In this document: in pieces, positions 46,098-54,760 of the stretch | Position numbering within the stretch: the first letter of the stretch is position 1 | How the letters are laid out: each line of letters starts with the position of its first letter | From: an uncultured virus (IMG/VR IMGVR_UViG_3300022925_000015) | Taxonomy: Duplodnaviria; Heunggongvirae; Uroviricota; Caudoviricetes | Length of the DNA stretch: 64,000 nt | Reading direction: 5' to 3' (one strand) | Virus record (IMG/VR): IMGVR_UViG_3300022925_000015 | Notes under the pieces: model-generated | Databases searched by the model: none | What the model was told of the DNA's origin: nothing | What the model saw: the letters and a program-made list of their open reading frames with translations, nothing else | Made by a program: the position numbers and the translations under genes

Positions 46098-46707
46098 TTT
46101 CAGCGACTGTAGCCTTCTTCTTCTTTGCAGGAGGATCTAGTTCGTCTGCTTCTCTACGTAATCTTGCGGCTTCTTTATACATTCCGTCTGCTTGACTACG
46201 ATATGATTTTGCTAAGTCTTTATCGCTTAATGCGCCTTGATCTGCTGCTGCCGGAGCAGGTTGTGCTGCTTCTGCAGGAGTATCTGTTACTGCTTGACCT
46301 GCTTGAGGTGCGCCACTAACAAATGTGTACAACTGATCTACTGCAACATTTCTTTGTTCTGCAATAAGACTGTTAAGTTCTGATAATGCAACACTGTCTG
46401 TAGGTGTTGGTGTCATCAAAACATCACTAGTTGCAACTTTGTGCAATCTACCTGATTGCTGCATTGCTTCTAGCATATTTTTACCATCTGGAAATCTACT
46501 TCTGAACATATACTCGCCAAGTTCAAAACTTTCTTGTGCTTGGTCTGATTCAATTGCTGTCATAAGCGAATCGTGGTACATATCAGGTAAAGTTGCAGAG
46601 TCAATGACTAAACATTGATCTGATTCACCTGGTACGGTTCTAAACACAACAGCAACTCTGTTGCCTGTGTTTTTCATCTTTCCAGTGTGTTTAATTTCTT
46701 TTGCCAT
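46090..46707 (-). CDS. Hypothetical phage protein
   Basis: ATG at 46707 after GGAG (MAKEIKHTG...); the longer track start overlaps the upstream gene. Confidence 0.65.
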   Translation of the reverse strand: MAKEIKHTGKMKNTGNRVAVVFRTVPGESDQCLVIDSATLPDMYHDSLMTAIESDQAQESFELGEYMFRSRFPDGKNMLEAMQQSGRLHKVATSDVLMTPTPTDSVALSELNSLIAEQRNVAVDQLYTFVSGAPQAGQAVTDTPAEAAQPAPAAADQGALSDKDLAKSYRSQADGMYKEAARLRREADELDPPAKKKKATVAESA

Positions 46708-46717
46708 AATTGGTCTC

Positions 46718-47017
46718 CTATTTACCTGCCGGCGCTTCTGGTGCCGGAGTGTTTGCAGCCGCTTGTGCTTCTGCGTTAGCAGACTGTGTTTTAGCAACGT
46801 GATCTAAAAACGTATTCAACTTGTTGTAAAGTTTGCCTACTGCTTCTAGTTCGTTTGCTTTGAATGCGCCACGCTGTGTAGCGATATCAATGATACTTTT
46901 TACGCCAGTAAGATCAGATACATTAAGATCTGGTGCTGCTGGTGCTTGTTCTACACCTGGTGTAGGTACAGGTCCGCTTTGTGCGGGTGCTGCTTCTTTT
47001 TTAACTTCTTCAGTCAT
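46718..47017 (-). CDS. Hypothetical protein with Ala/Pro-rich termini
   Basis: AAGGAG RBS; helical core 'IIDIATQRGAFKANELEAVGKLYNKL'. Confidence 0.65.
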   Translation of the reverse strand: MTEEVKKEAAPAQSGPVPTPGVEQAPAAPDLNVSDLTGVKSIIDIATQRGAFKANELEAVGKLYNKLNTFLDHVAKTQSANAEAQAAANTPAPEAPAGK

Positions 47018-47021
47018 ATTT

Positions 47022-47294
47022 TTAGTTTCTCCTTAAGTGTGGACAGGCTAACATAAAGTATGTTAGTTCTTTTTGATCTTCAAACCCAATGTAAGTGGCA
47101 CTTGCTAACTTATCTGAACTGTCCAAATTCGGATAATTTGCAATGCAATATCTTCCATTAAGTTTGTCTCTAACCCATTCTGAAATAGTTTGGATTTCTC
47201 TTCTGCTGTTAAAAAGTTTGTGTTTTGCAAAGTGCGGTGGCAAAACGTCAATCTTTCTCTCTTGCAGTACTTCTAATGGATTCAAGTCTATCAT
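47022..47294 (-). CDS. Hypothetical protein
   Basis: Tiles with neighbours; TAAATA box 5 nt upstream. Confidence 0.55.
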   Translation of the reverse strand: MIDLNPLEVLQERKIDVLPPHFAKHKLFNSRREIQTISEWVRDKLNGRYCIANYPNLDSSDKLASATYIGFEDQKELTYFMLACPHLRRN

Positions 47295-47327
47295 AATATT
47301 ATTTATTAACTGCTACTATTATAAATT

Positions 47328-47723
47328 TTAATTCTGATTCATTCTTTTGGATAGTGCTTTATTGTAACCAAACTTTTTAACGTCTCCACTGAACAAATAC
47401 AACTCAAAAGCACTACGTTCTTTAAGAACTGTAATTGCTTTCTTAGTTATATAATACGGTGATTCTATGAAATTGTCAAGCCATAAAAGCACTTGTGGTG
47501 TTACACTAAAGTCTTTTGGAAAATCTATTTTGTATGTTTTAATTTTGGCGTCAACTTGTATAAAGTTCAAGCCTTCTTCTGTCAGTCTTAAGCCGCCGCT
47601 ATCTTTCGTTCTTACATTCCACCACCATTGTAGTTTTTTCTGTTTGATAAGATCGGGTGTAATGTCGTCGGAAAGTTCGGCGGCTTTTAGGAATATTGAT
47701 GTGTAGTTGTGCTTTTCGTCCAC
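47328..47723 (-). CDS. Hypothetical protein
   Basis: Likely GTG start at 47723, just after the upstream stop; 'WWWNVR..GGLRLT..G'. Confidence 0.55.
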   Translation of the reverse strand: MDEKHNYTSIFLKAAELSDDITPDLIKQKKLQWWWNVRTKDSGGLRLTEEGLNFIQVDAKIKTYKIDFPKDFSVTPQVLLWLDNFIESPYYITKKAITVLKERSAFELYLFSGDVKKFGYNKALSKRMNQN

Positions 47724-47724
47724 A

Positions 47725-48006
47725 CTACTCTTTTTCTCCGTCTGTAAGTTTGTATACTGTAAAGTCATTAGTATCGAAAAGTTTGTTAAGTTTCTTTGCT
47801 AAGTTTCTAGCGTGACCTGGATTACTAAATGATACTTTCTTATACTTAGGTCCTGGGTAACTAGATATCATACTTCCGCTTTTTAAATTAAAAGGCTTAC
47901 CTTTATAGAACACGGCCCAAATGGCTTCGCTCTCAAGTATCTGCTCTAATTTAAACGATTCTTTATTAGTATGTTCAAGAATCACATTTGGTTTAGGTCT
48001 GCTCAT
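47725..48006 (-). CDS. Hypothetical basic protein
   Basis: AAGGA RBS and TAAATA box; 'MSRPKP...YKKVSFSNPGHA.NLAKKLN'. Confidence 0.6.
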   Translation of the reverse strand: MSRPKPNVILEHTNKESFKLEQILESEAIWAVFYKGKPFNLKSGSMISSYPGPKYKKVSFSNPGHARNLAKKLNKLFDTNDFTVYKLTDGEKE

Positions 48007-48036
48007 ATACGTAATTTCCTTAATTAACTACGTATA

Positions 48037-48042
48037 TATTTA
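48037..48042 (-). promoter_or_regulatory. TAAATA late-promoter-like box
   Basis: ATAAATA on the - strand, 30 nt upstream of the ATG at 48006. Confidence 0.5.
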
Positions 48043-48049
48043 TCAAAAA

Positions 48050-48298
48050 TTAGAAGTCGCCGCCATCAAATTTAACTTCAAGTTCCTCGCTATCTTGTTT
48101 AATTTTACGTAACATAGTATGAACTTCTTGCACTGTAGTACCTAATCTGCTTGTAAGTAATGCTAAATCAGTTGTTAATTCACGTGCTTCTTGTATAGTA
48201 ATTCTTATTTCTTTTTGATTGCTTTTTTCTGCACTTGATATGCGTTGTAGCAATCTTTGTATACTAGGCATAGTTGTTGGAAGTTCATTTGTTGACAC
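48050..48298 (-). CDS. Hypothetical protein
   Basis: Tiling ORF ending in 'DGGDF'. Confidence 0.55.
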   Translation of the reverse strand: MSTNELPTTMPSIQRLLQRISSAEKSNQKEIRITIQEARELTTDLALLTSRLGTTVQEVHTMLRKIKQDSEELEVKFDGGDF

Positions 48299-48761
48299 GA
48301 CTTAATACCTGCTTCATTTCTATATCTGTTTTAAATGGACCTTTATACTCATAACGCTGTAGTGTAATTAACTTAGGACAAAAAGACTTTACCCAGCCTT
48401 TGTCAAATCTAATTACATAGTAACCTGCACAGTATAAACTTTTACTATCTTTGCTTTTAGTAAACAAAGGCAGTTTGTTTTTAATATCGTACATAGCATT
48501 ATGTGGCTTACTACTTGTGCTAAAACCGTGTACTTCTGAAGGTAAACTATCTTTGCTATCTCTAACTACTTTAGCAATAAAAAAGTCGCTGCCGAACTGA
48601 TCTTGTAATGCTTTTTTATCTTTAAAACGTGTAACAGTGCTTTCATTACTAAGGACAAAAAAGTTTTCTTCGTTCTTACGTAATGTAGCAATACGTTCAC
48701 CGTTTTGTTCTACAATCCAAAATTTGTTAGCAATGATAGGCTTTGCTTGAATTACTGTCAT
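48285..48761 (-). CDS. Hypothetical protein
   Basis: ATGA overlap with the RNase H stop; GAGG RBS. Confidence 0.6.
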   Translation of the reverse strand: MTVIQAKPIIANKFWIVEQNGERIATLRKNEENFFVLSNESTVTRFKDKKALQDQFGSDFFIAKVVRDSKDSLPSEVHGFSTSSKPHNAMYDIKNKLPLFTKSKDSKSLYCAGYYVIRFDKGWVKSFCPKLITLQRYEYKGPFKTDIEMKQVLSRVNK

Positions 48762-49750
48762 ATTTTATACCTCGCATTTAACGGTTCTGCATATGCTTGT
48801 GCTTGATCTGATATTTTCTTCAAATCATACAAATGACAGAACTTCATAAGTCTTACACCAACTTGACTTATATTTTTATCTGCTTCAATTGCTGTACTGA
48901 TTGTGCTTTCTATCTTTTCTTTTACTTCACTAGGTTGTGCAGTAAGATCAATAATAGTTTTGTTACGTTCATAATCTTCTAGTACACGATGTTCTTCACC
49001 GTTATGATCAACCCAACGTTGTAGCATCAAGTTATTCCAATTAAAGCCTTTAGTTTGTCTATCAGCAAACGCCTCTAGCAAACCAACTTTGTTCTTAGTG
49101 CCTTTCTTACGTACACCTGGATATGCACTAAACACATTATCACTTGTGTCACCACGCATACATTTTTCAAACAACATCCATTCTGGATCTACTACCTTAG
49201 GTAGTTTTGTTTTCTTATCAATTACTAGTTCACCTTTCTTATCAAAGAAACCTTCTGTAGTTGTAGTTACTTCTTGTACACCATTATACAGTCGACAGTT
49301 CGGAGCAATTAACTGCTGGAAATCTGTATCAGTGCTAATAATAACGTGATCACTATCTGGATGTGCTTGTACCCAACCTGCAATAAGATCATCTGCTTCT
49401 AGTTCATTGTGTTGCAGAACAGTACAGTTAGTTTTGTCAGAAACAAAATCTTTAAATGTATCAAATGCTTCCCAGAATACTTTATCTTCTTCTTGCTGTT
49501 GTTCTGTTAATGCATCACGTGCAACCTGTCTATTACGCTTGTATGGCTCATAATGATCTTTACGCCAACTACGTCCTTCAAGACAAAAGATAACGTGTGT
49601 ACCATTGAAGTCTTGCCAAGCCTTCTTAATACTATTCAATGTAATATGGAAAGCCATACCCAACTTAATATCTGCATCGCCATTTATAACGTGTCTTGCA
49701 CGAAAGAACGTGTTTGCTGTATCAACTATGATGTGCGTCATTTTACTCAT
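48758..49750 (-). CDS. rnh: T4 RNase H-like 5'-3' exonuclease (FEN/PIN fold)
   Basis: 'IIVD..N', 'SWRK...YK.NR', 'EADDLIA', 'IISTDTDF.QL' and 'GDTSDNV..PGV'. Confidence 0.9.
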   Translation of the reverse strand: MSKMTHIIVDTANTFFRARHVINGDADIKLGMAFHITLNSIKKAWQDFNGTHVIFCLEGRSWRKDHYEPYKRNRQVARDALTEQQQEEDKVFWEAFDTFKDFVSDKTNCTVLQHNELEADDLIAGWVQAHPDSDHVIISTDTDFQQLIAPNCRLYNGVQEVTTTTEGFFDKKGELVIDKKTKLPKVVDPEWMLFEKCMRGDTSDNVFSAYPGVRKKGTKNKVGLLEAFADRQTKGFNWNNLMLQRWVDHNGEEHRVLEDYERNKTIIDLTAQPSEVKEKIESTISTAIEADKNISQVGVRLMKFCHLYDLKKISDQAQAYAEPLNARYKI

Positions 49751-50087
49751 TTTCTCTTTTCACGGAACTGATATCTAAAGACCCAGTTTCCAACGGTCCT
49801 CCGTAGTCGCCATCGACTACTACATTTGCACAAAGTTCTCTAAACCAACGATCAACTACTTCTTCGTCTGGATCATTTTCAACTCCATACCCTTGTTGTT
49901 TTAATTGTACTATAAAATACTGGTTCCAGTCAAGTTCAAAGAAGCCATTTCGAACATTTTCTTTGTTAACGTGTGTATTCAACACGCCCACCCAAGGTTC
50001 TTTTTTCTTTGTAGCAACTTCTTTATCACTTAGTCCAGGCTTCTTTTCTGCTTTACCTTTACCAAATAAGTTTTTTATAAAGTCCAT
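49743..50087 (-). CDS. Hypothetical protein
   Basis: AGGA RBS; 'KEPWV...GFFELDWN..F...L...GY...VVDRWF'. Confidence 0.6.
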   Translation of the reverse strand: MDFIKNLFGKGKAEKKPGLSDKEVATKKKEPWVGVLNTHVNKENVRNGFFELDWNQYFIVQLKQQGYGVENDPDEEVVDRWFRELCANVVVDGDYGGPLETGSLDISSVKRENE

Positions 50088-50095
50088 AACTTTTC

Positions 50096-51010
50096 CTATG
50101 TTCCGATAGCATTACCAAACAAGTATACGTGTACCCTTGCGGCTACATTATATCCACGTTCGAATGCCATCTTAGCAACTGCTCCGGCTGTTGCTGTTTG
50201 TTCTTCTTCTCTAGCACCAACTGGCATTACCCAAACAGGATAATCAACCCCTTGTGCTTTAAATTGTGCGATAGCATCTTCCATCTCATCCCACTGTTGT
50301 TGTTCGGAACCTACAACAAACTTTAATTGTCCTTTATCAGACAATGTTCTGTATTGTGCTACTGCTTCAGGCTTAATTGCTTTCTTAGCAGTTTCGCCTG
50401 CTACACTCCATAACTTAGGAGATACACTAAAGAACAGTTCGATATCATCATCTGCTTCTTTAGTCCAGTAGTCAATAAATTCTTGTTTTAGCGTTTGTGT
50501 ACCATTAGTTTCAAATGTTACACTAGCAGGCATATTGCCCATACGTTTAAATTCTCTCATAATACCAATGAAGGCATCTTGTGCGTGTTTCATAAGTGGT
50601 TCGCCACCTGTAACGCAAAAGTGTTGTCTTTGTCCTGTAACAGGATGTAAAAACTTACCTTCTGGATTACTATCTGTTTTAAGTGTATCAATAATTTGTT
50701 GTGCTAGTTCGACAGCAGTCTTTTGCCCCATTAGATGTTTAAACTTCTTACTCCAAGTGTAACTGCTATCACAACCTTTATCCCATACAGGCAAGTCTTC
50801 TACACGTTCTACTGTGCTTGTATCAAACTTTTCAAACGGCAAATCATATGTATCAGGATTTGTAGGATCTATCTGTCCAAAGCCATTACACTGTAAATTG
50901 CATAAGAAGAAACGTATCCAAGCAGTAGGCACACCAGTATAGTGTCCTTCACCTTGAATACTGTGAAAGATTTCGCTGTAGTAATACTTTTTATCAGTTG
51001 CTATCGTCAT
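50096..51010 (-). CDS. queE: 7-carboxy-7-deazaguanine synthase QueE (radical SAM), CX3CX38C variant
   Basis: 'SEIFHSIQGEG...G.P..WIRF..CNLQC...GCDS', 'VTGGEPL', 'FETNGT', 'SVSPKL', 'LKFVV' and 'RVHVYLFG'. Start moved to the ATG at 51010. Confidence 0.88.
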   Translation of the reverse strand: MTIATDKKYYYSEIFHSIQGEGHYTGVPTAWIRFFLCNLQCNGFGQIDPTNPDTYDLPFEKFDTSTVERVEDLPVWDKGCDSSYTWSKKFKHLMGQKTAVELAQQIIDTLKTDSNPEGKFLHPVTGQRQHFCVTGGEPLMKHAQDAFIGIMREFKRMGNMPASVTFETNGTQTLKQEFIDYWTKEADDDIELFFSVSPKLWSVAGETAKKAIKPEAVAQYRTLSDKGQLKFVVGSEQQQWDEMEDAIAQFKAQGVDYPVWVMPVGAREEEQTATAGAVAKMAFERGYNVAARVHVYLFGNAIGT

Positions 51011-51209
51011 TGTGTTTATTATACGCTTTCTTAATGGATTTGTCAACCTCTTTAGTAAGTGAAAACGTACCATCAAAGTTGTCTGTCCAAACCAAATCGT
51101 CTCCAATATCCCAGCCCATTTGGTTTAGTAATTCAGTGGGGATAGGAAGAACCAGATCTTTATTTTCCGGATCTTCCTCTAATTTTATTTGATATGTCTT
51201 ATTCACCAA
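50994..51209 (-). CDS. AbrB/MazE/SpoVT-like small DNA-binding protein
   Basis: 'LVLPIPTELLNQMGWDIGDDLVW' swapped-hairpin pattern. Confidence 0.6.
   Translation of the reverse strand: MVNKTYQIKLEEDPENKDLVLPIPTELLNQMGWDIGDDLVWTDNFDGTFSLTKEVDKSIKKAYNKHNDDSN
51018..51046 (-). promoter_or_regulatory. Consensus sigma70-type promoter for queE
   Basis: Perfect TTGACA-17 nt-TATAAT. Confidence 0.8.
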
Positions 51210-51408
51210 AATGCTTGTCCAGCATTTCTAGTCTATCGTTCGCTTGTGCCATCTTATCTAACTCTTTTTGGATAGTTTCAATGATGTCACTGTGTTCGCC
51301 AATACCAACTACTTGTTGCATATAAACTTCGATGTTGGCCTTATGCAATTCGATTTCTGCTTCTGCGTGTTTCCTTGCAGCATTGATTAATGTTTGTTTC
51401 AATGTCAT
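51199..51408 (-). CDS. Small conserved-looking phage protein
   Basis: 'NIEVY....VGIGEHSDII..I..EL' pattern; GGAAGGA RBS. Confidence 0.6.
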   Translation of the reverse strand: MTLKQTLINAARKHAEAEIELHKANIEVYMQQVVGIGEHSDIIETIQKELDKMAQANDRLEMLDKHFGE

Positions 51409-51788
51409 AGTCCTTCCTTGTAGTTTTGTTTTGATGGAATGACGCCTCTAACGCCTCCTCGCGGATCTTCCATATCGCCATCTCGACGGAAAATTAAATG
51501 AACGTGTGGATAGTAACAAGTTTGTCCTGCACTTTGTCCCATATTTATTCCCACGTTATAACCTGTTATGTTGTTTTTTTCTGACTTAATATTATCGTTA
51601 CCCATTGTAAGTGCAAAGTTAAAACATTTTAAAATGTTTTCTTCTGTATTTTGTTTTGGTACAACTAGAGTATGTCCTTCTGTGACAGGGTAAATGTCAT
51701 TGTATACTACAAATTCTCTAGTATCAATTTCTACATCTGTCCAAGGTGCTCTACCATCTTGTTGCGCCTTTTCAAGTGTATCTATCAT
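51405..51788 (-). CDS. HIT-family nucleotide hydrolase
   Basis: 'D.YPVTEGHTLVVPK', 'YNVGIN.G.SAGQT..YPHVHLI.R..GD..DPRGGVR'. Confidence 0.85.
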   Translation of the reverse strand: MIDTLEKAQQDGRAPWTDVEIDTREFVVYNDIYPVTEGHTLVVPKQNTEENILKCFNFALTMGNDNIKSEKNNITGYNVGINMGQSAGQTCYYPHVHLIFRRDGDMEDPRGGVRGVIPSKQNYKEGL

Positions 51789-52022
51789 TTATGCTCTCCA
51801 CTCTTTTACATTTGCCATATCAGGTCCTTTACTTTGAAACTCCATACCGTAAATAGAACCAATATACATACCTGCTGACTTTTTATATTTAAGGACTAGT
51901 CTATTGCCAACAATAAAAACTTCCATCATATTTTCTTCTTTAAACATACCAATACTAGCATTTTCTTTTTTGCCAGTCTGTACGTTTTCAATTTCAACAA
52001 ATGTATCTGTAGTTACTCGCAT
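51789..52022 (-). CDS. Hypothetical protein
   Basis: GGAG RBS; tiles between the PRTase and HIT genes. Confidence 0.55.
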   Translation of the reverse strand: MRVTTDTFVEIENVQTGKKENASIGMFKEENMMEVFIVGNRLVLKYKKSAGMYIGSIYGMEFQSKGPDMANVKEWRA

Positions 52023-52579
52023 TTATATTCTCCAACATTTTCCCAGGGGTAAACTAACCAAACATCTTCTTCGGCTTTGTTAACTATATCACAACAGTAA
52101 TTAACTAGTCCGAACTCACTTGCCATATTCTCTGTTAGCGTTGCAAAGCGAACATTGTTTGCCCACACCTGCTCCCATAGAGGTGAATTAGGTAAACAAT
52201 TTTTCTGCCAATCATCTCTGATCCAATTAAATGTTGCACCTGTATCATTAATATCATCTACAATTAGAATGTTTTTACCAAGTGGTTTATTTTTAAACTC
52301 TCCCATTTCAGGAGCATAAGAACCTTCATCATCGTAACCGTATGCATCTTCTGACATCCAAGCATTGCTTTCACTATCACAATCATCATCACGTAAACTT
52401 ACTTTAAGTGCTTCACAACGTATCCCTGTCATATTACTTAGTATAGTAGCAGGGACGTTTCCGCCTCTAGTAATGCCTACAATATAATCAGGTGTCCAAT
52501 TATCTGCATACATCTTATTTACAATGCTAACGCACATATTTTCAACGTCAGCCCAACTATAATATTTCTTTTTAACCAT
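52013..52579 (-). CDS. Type I purine phosphoribosyltransferase (Gpt-like)
   Basis: 'IVGITRGG.VPA', PRPP loop 'ILIVDDINDTGAT' and 'WLVYPWE'. Start moved to the ATG at 52579. Confidence 0.85.
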   Translation of the reverse strand: MVKKKYYSWADVENMCVSIVNKMYADNWTPDYIVGITRGGNVPATILSNMTGIRCEALKVSLRDDDCDSESNAWMSEDAYGYDDEGSYAPEMGEFKNKPLGKNILIVDDINDTGATFNWIRDDWQKNCLPNSPLWEQVWANNVRFATLTENMASEFGLVNYCCDIVNKAEEDVWLVYPWENVGEYKCE

Positions 52580-53069
52580 TACGTCCTTCCAAGTATTGTT
52601 CATTGTGTACCCAACGGTACCCACGTTCTTCAAGTTCACCTTTTCCATTAAAAGGTAAAAAGCCCCACTCCTTTTCTTTTTTGCCCATATAGAACAAACT
52701 CCAACAAGGAATTTCGTTTCCGTCTTTGTCTTTTGCAAGTTCTAACCAGTGTAGGTCATCTGCTTTTCTAAATCTAAAATGTCCAGGACCACGCCATACT
52801 CTAGTTGCACCAACTACTCCGCCTGTAGTATCATTGTATACAGGAATGTGTTCATAGTACCCACCTTTCAAAATAAGTGTAGCATATGACCACGGATGGT
52901 CGTGTAATACATCTTCATCGCTTACCATTACCTTATGCAGTGTAATGTTAAACGGAAAGTTCTTTCTGTCTTTTAAAAATATATAATAGCGATCAAGATA
53001 TGGAATAGTACCATCTCTATCATATATTGTACGCTTACGTCCTAGTTTATCTAGTAACTTAAGAAACAT
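52572..53069 (-). CDS. Cupin-fold protein (cysteine-dioxygenase-like His triad)
   Basis: 'LHDHPW...ILKGGYYEH...DLHWLEL...WSLF'. Confidence 0.65.
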   Translation of the reverse strand: MFLKLLDKLGRKRTIYDRDGTIPYLDRYYIFLKDRKNFPFNITLHKVMVSDEDVLHDHPWSYATLILKGGYYEHIPVYNDTTGGVVGATRVWRGPGHFRFRKADDLHWLELAKDKDGNEIPCWSLFYMGKKEKEWGFLPFNGKGELEERGYRWVHNEQYLEGRNG

Positions 53070-53484
53070 TAAAAACCTCTTCGTTCAAATATCTATTCAG
53101 CTCACCATCAGTTGGTTGTACGCTGTAATTATCCTTGAAAAATATCTCATAACTATCAGAACCATATTTTCCAATTCCATATAACATAGTAGCATCATTT
53201 CCGTCCCAAGTCAAGTAATCTTTTGACATTCTACGAATACGATGTTCACGTATATTAACCATTCCTAAAGGTTTGATTATTTCTTTTATAGTTTCTGGTA
53301 AACTATTTAGGTAATGCATAGGTGTAGGACATAAGTTAAACAGCACAGGAAGTACACGTTTAACCTGTTTTCTATTTGTTTGGTTTAAACAAATTACACC
53401 GACCATATGTTGCCAAGAGCCATCTATCTGCTCTTGCACCATTAGGTCATCACGCAATGGTTGTCCAGGGTCGTAAGTTTGCAT
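53059..53484 (-). CDS. Minimal HhH-superfamily DNA glycosylase, MBD4-like (true start may be slightly downstream)
   Basis: 'VQE...W..MVGVICLNQT', 'KPLGM...R', 'LYGIGKYGSDSYEIF' and 'PTD.EL.RY' parallel the MBD4 catalytic domain. Confidence 0.8.
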   Translation of the reverse strand: MQTYDPGQPLRDDLMVQEQIDGSWQHMVGVICLNQTNRKQVKRVLPVLFNLCPTPMHYLNSLPETIKEIIKPLGMVNIREHRIRRMSKDYLTWDGNDATMLYGIGKYGSDSYEIFFKDNYSVQPTDGELNRYLNEEVFNVS

Positions 53485-53647
53485 AGATATTTTTTACTTT
53501 CTCGTTATATTCATCTTCGTTAACACTGAGATTATTAAGATGTCTCATCCAAATAATTCTCATATCTTCAGGAAGTTTCTTATTTTTAAGAACCTTCTCG
53601 ATAGCCGCTTTACGCTGGTTCTGTTTCTTTTCCGAATATTGTTCCAT
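53450..53647 (-). CDS. Hypothetical protein
   Basis: ATG at 53647 after AAGGA. Confidence 0.4.
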   Translation of the reverse strand: MEQYSEKKQNQRKAAIEKVLKNKKLPEDMRIIWMRHLNNLSVNEDEYNEKVKNIYANLRPWTTIA

Positions 53648-53840
53648 AGAATGGTTCCTTTGGCATATTAGCACGTGATAATCTAACTTTGTGTGGTGTA
53701 AGATTATGTCGTTCTGTCATATCTAAAAGTTTAATGCCTCTTAGATTGTACATAAGTGCTTCGTTAGGGGTTAATATTTTAATATCGTTTTGTGTCTTTT
53801 GTGGTTGCACAGCATATACTCTTTCTTTATTGAGGTCCAT
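53610..53840 (-). CDS. Hypothetical protein
   Basis: TAATG coupling with the upstream gene; GAGGAG RBS. Confidence 0.45.
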   Translation of the reverse strand: MDLNKERVYAVQPQKTQNDIKILTPNEALMYNLRGIKLLDMTERHNLTPHKVRLSRANMPKEPFYGTIFGKETEPA

Positions 53841-54061
53841 TATACAATCTCCTCAACTATTCCAAGAATCTCTGCAAGAACAAATGCAACACCTGCAATT
53901 AAAATCCAGAAGCCCCAGTCATTTGCACCTAGATAATAACCTCCTAGTGCAAGTGAAATACCTGCTCCTATTCTTACAACACTTTTAATTAAACTAATAT
54001 AAAAATGTCCTAAGCCTGGATCTTTGGCTGCTGGAACGTAAACTCTTTCTGGTATTGGCAT
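53840..54061 (-). CDS. Small membrane protein (two hydrophobic helices)
   Basis: 'HFYISLIKSVVRI...AEILGIVEEIV'; AAGGAG RBS directly after folE. Confidence 0.6.
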   Translation of the reverse strand: MPIPERVYVPAAKDPGLGHFYISLIKSVVRIGAGISLALGGYYLGANDWGFWILIAGVAFVLAEILGIVEEIV

Positions 54062-54070
54062 AATTACTCC

Positions 54071-54760
54071 TTATCTATCACAAGCATATGATTGCTGTAA
54101 TTTAATGTTATCCATAAACTCTTTCTTAGTAGCCGCATCGTCTTTGAATGCGCCTTTGAGTACGGTAGTTTGTGTAAGTGAACTATGTGCTTTAACACCT
54201 CTGTTTTCAACGCAACCGTGTGTTGCTTGTACATACACACCTAAGTGTTCTGCACCTGTTGCTTTTTGTATTTCACGAGTAATATCATTTGCAAGTTCTT
54301 CTTGCAATGTACCACGTTCAGCACACCATTGTGCAATACGTGTATACTTAGACAATCCAATTAGTTTGTCTGCGGCAATAATGCCAATGTATGCAACGCC
54401 TCTTACAATTTGATGATGATGTGAACACATACTTGTAAGTTCTGAACGTACTACTAGCATACCTTCATAACGTGAAGCACTGTCATTTGGAAATGCTGTC
54501 GCACCAGGCATAGGATCATAACGTCCTGCCATTAGTTCATTGATATACATCTTTGCAAGACGTTTACCAGTTCCTATACTGTTTGGATCGTTATGTCTGT
54601 CAATTACAAGTGCATCTAGTACACCTTCAAACTTTTCAGTGGCTTCTTTGATAAGTTGTTCTTTTTCGCCTTCAAAAATAAAATCACTGATATTATCGCC
54701 TGCCCAATATCTAGTTTTTGTGTCTTGTAAGCGTTTTGCTATTTCTTCGTATTTTTTCAA
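54071..54760 (-). CDS. folE: GTP cyclohydrolase I
   Basis: 'T.KRLAKMY', 'SMCSHH', 'IGLSKY.RI', 'LQEEL', 'A.HGCV..RGV' and 'T.T..L.G.F'; TTG start after GGAG. Confidence 0.93.
   Translation of the reverse strand: MKKYEEIAKRLQDTKTRYWAGDNISDFIFEGEKEQLIKEATEKFEGVLDALVIDRHNDPNSIGTGKRLAKMYINELMAGRYDPMPGATAFPNDSASRYEGMLVVRSELTSMCSHHHQIVRGVAYIGIIAADKLIGLSKYTRIAQWCAERGTLQEELANDITREIQKATGAEHLGVYVQATHGCVENRGVKAHSSLTQTTVLKGAFKDDAATKKEFMDNIKLQQSYACDR

Noticed and set aside
50994..51408. AbrB/MazE-like gene as half of a toxin-antitoxin pair
   Set aside because: No MazF-, VapC- or Doc-like toxin is adjacent.
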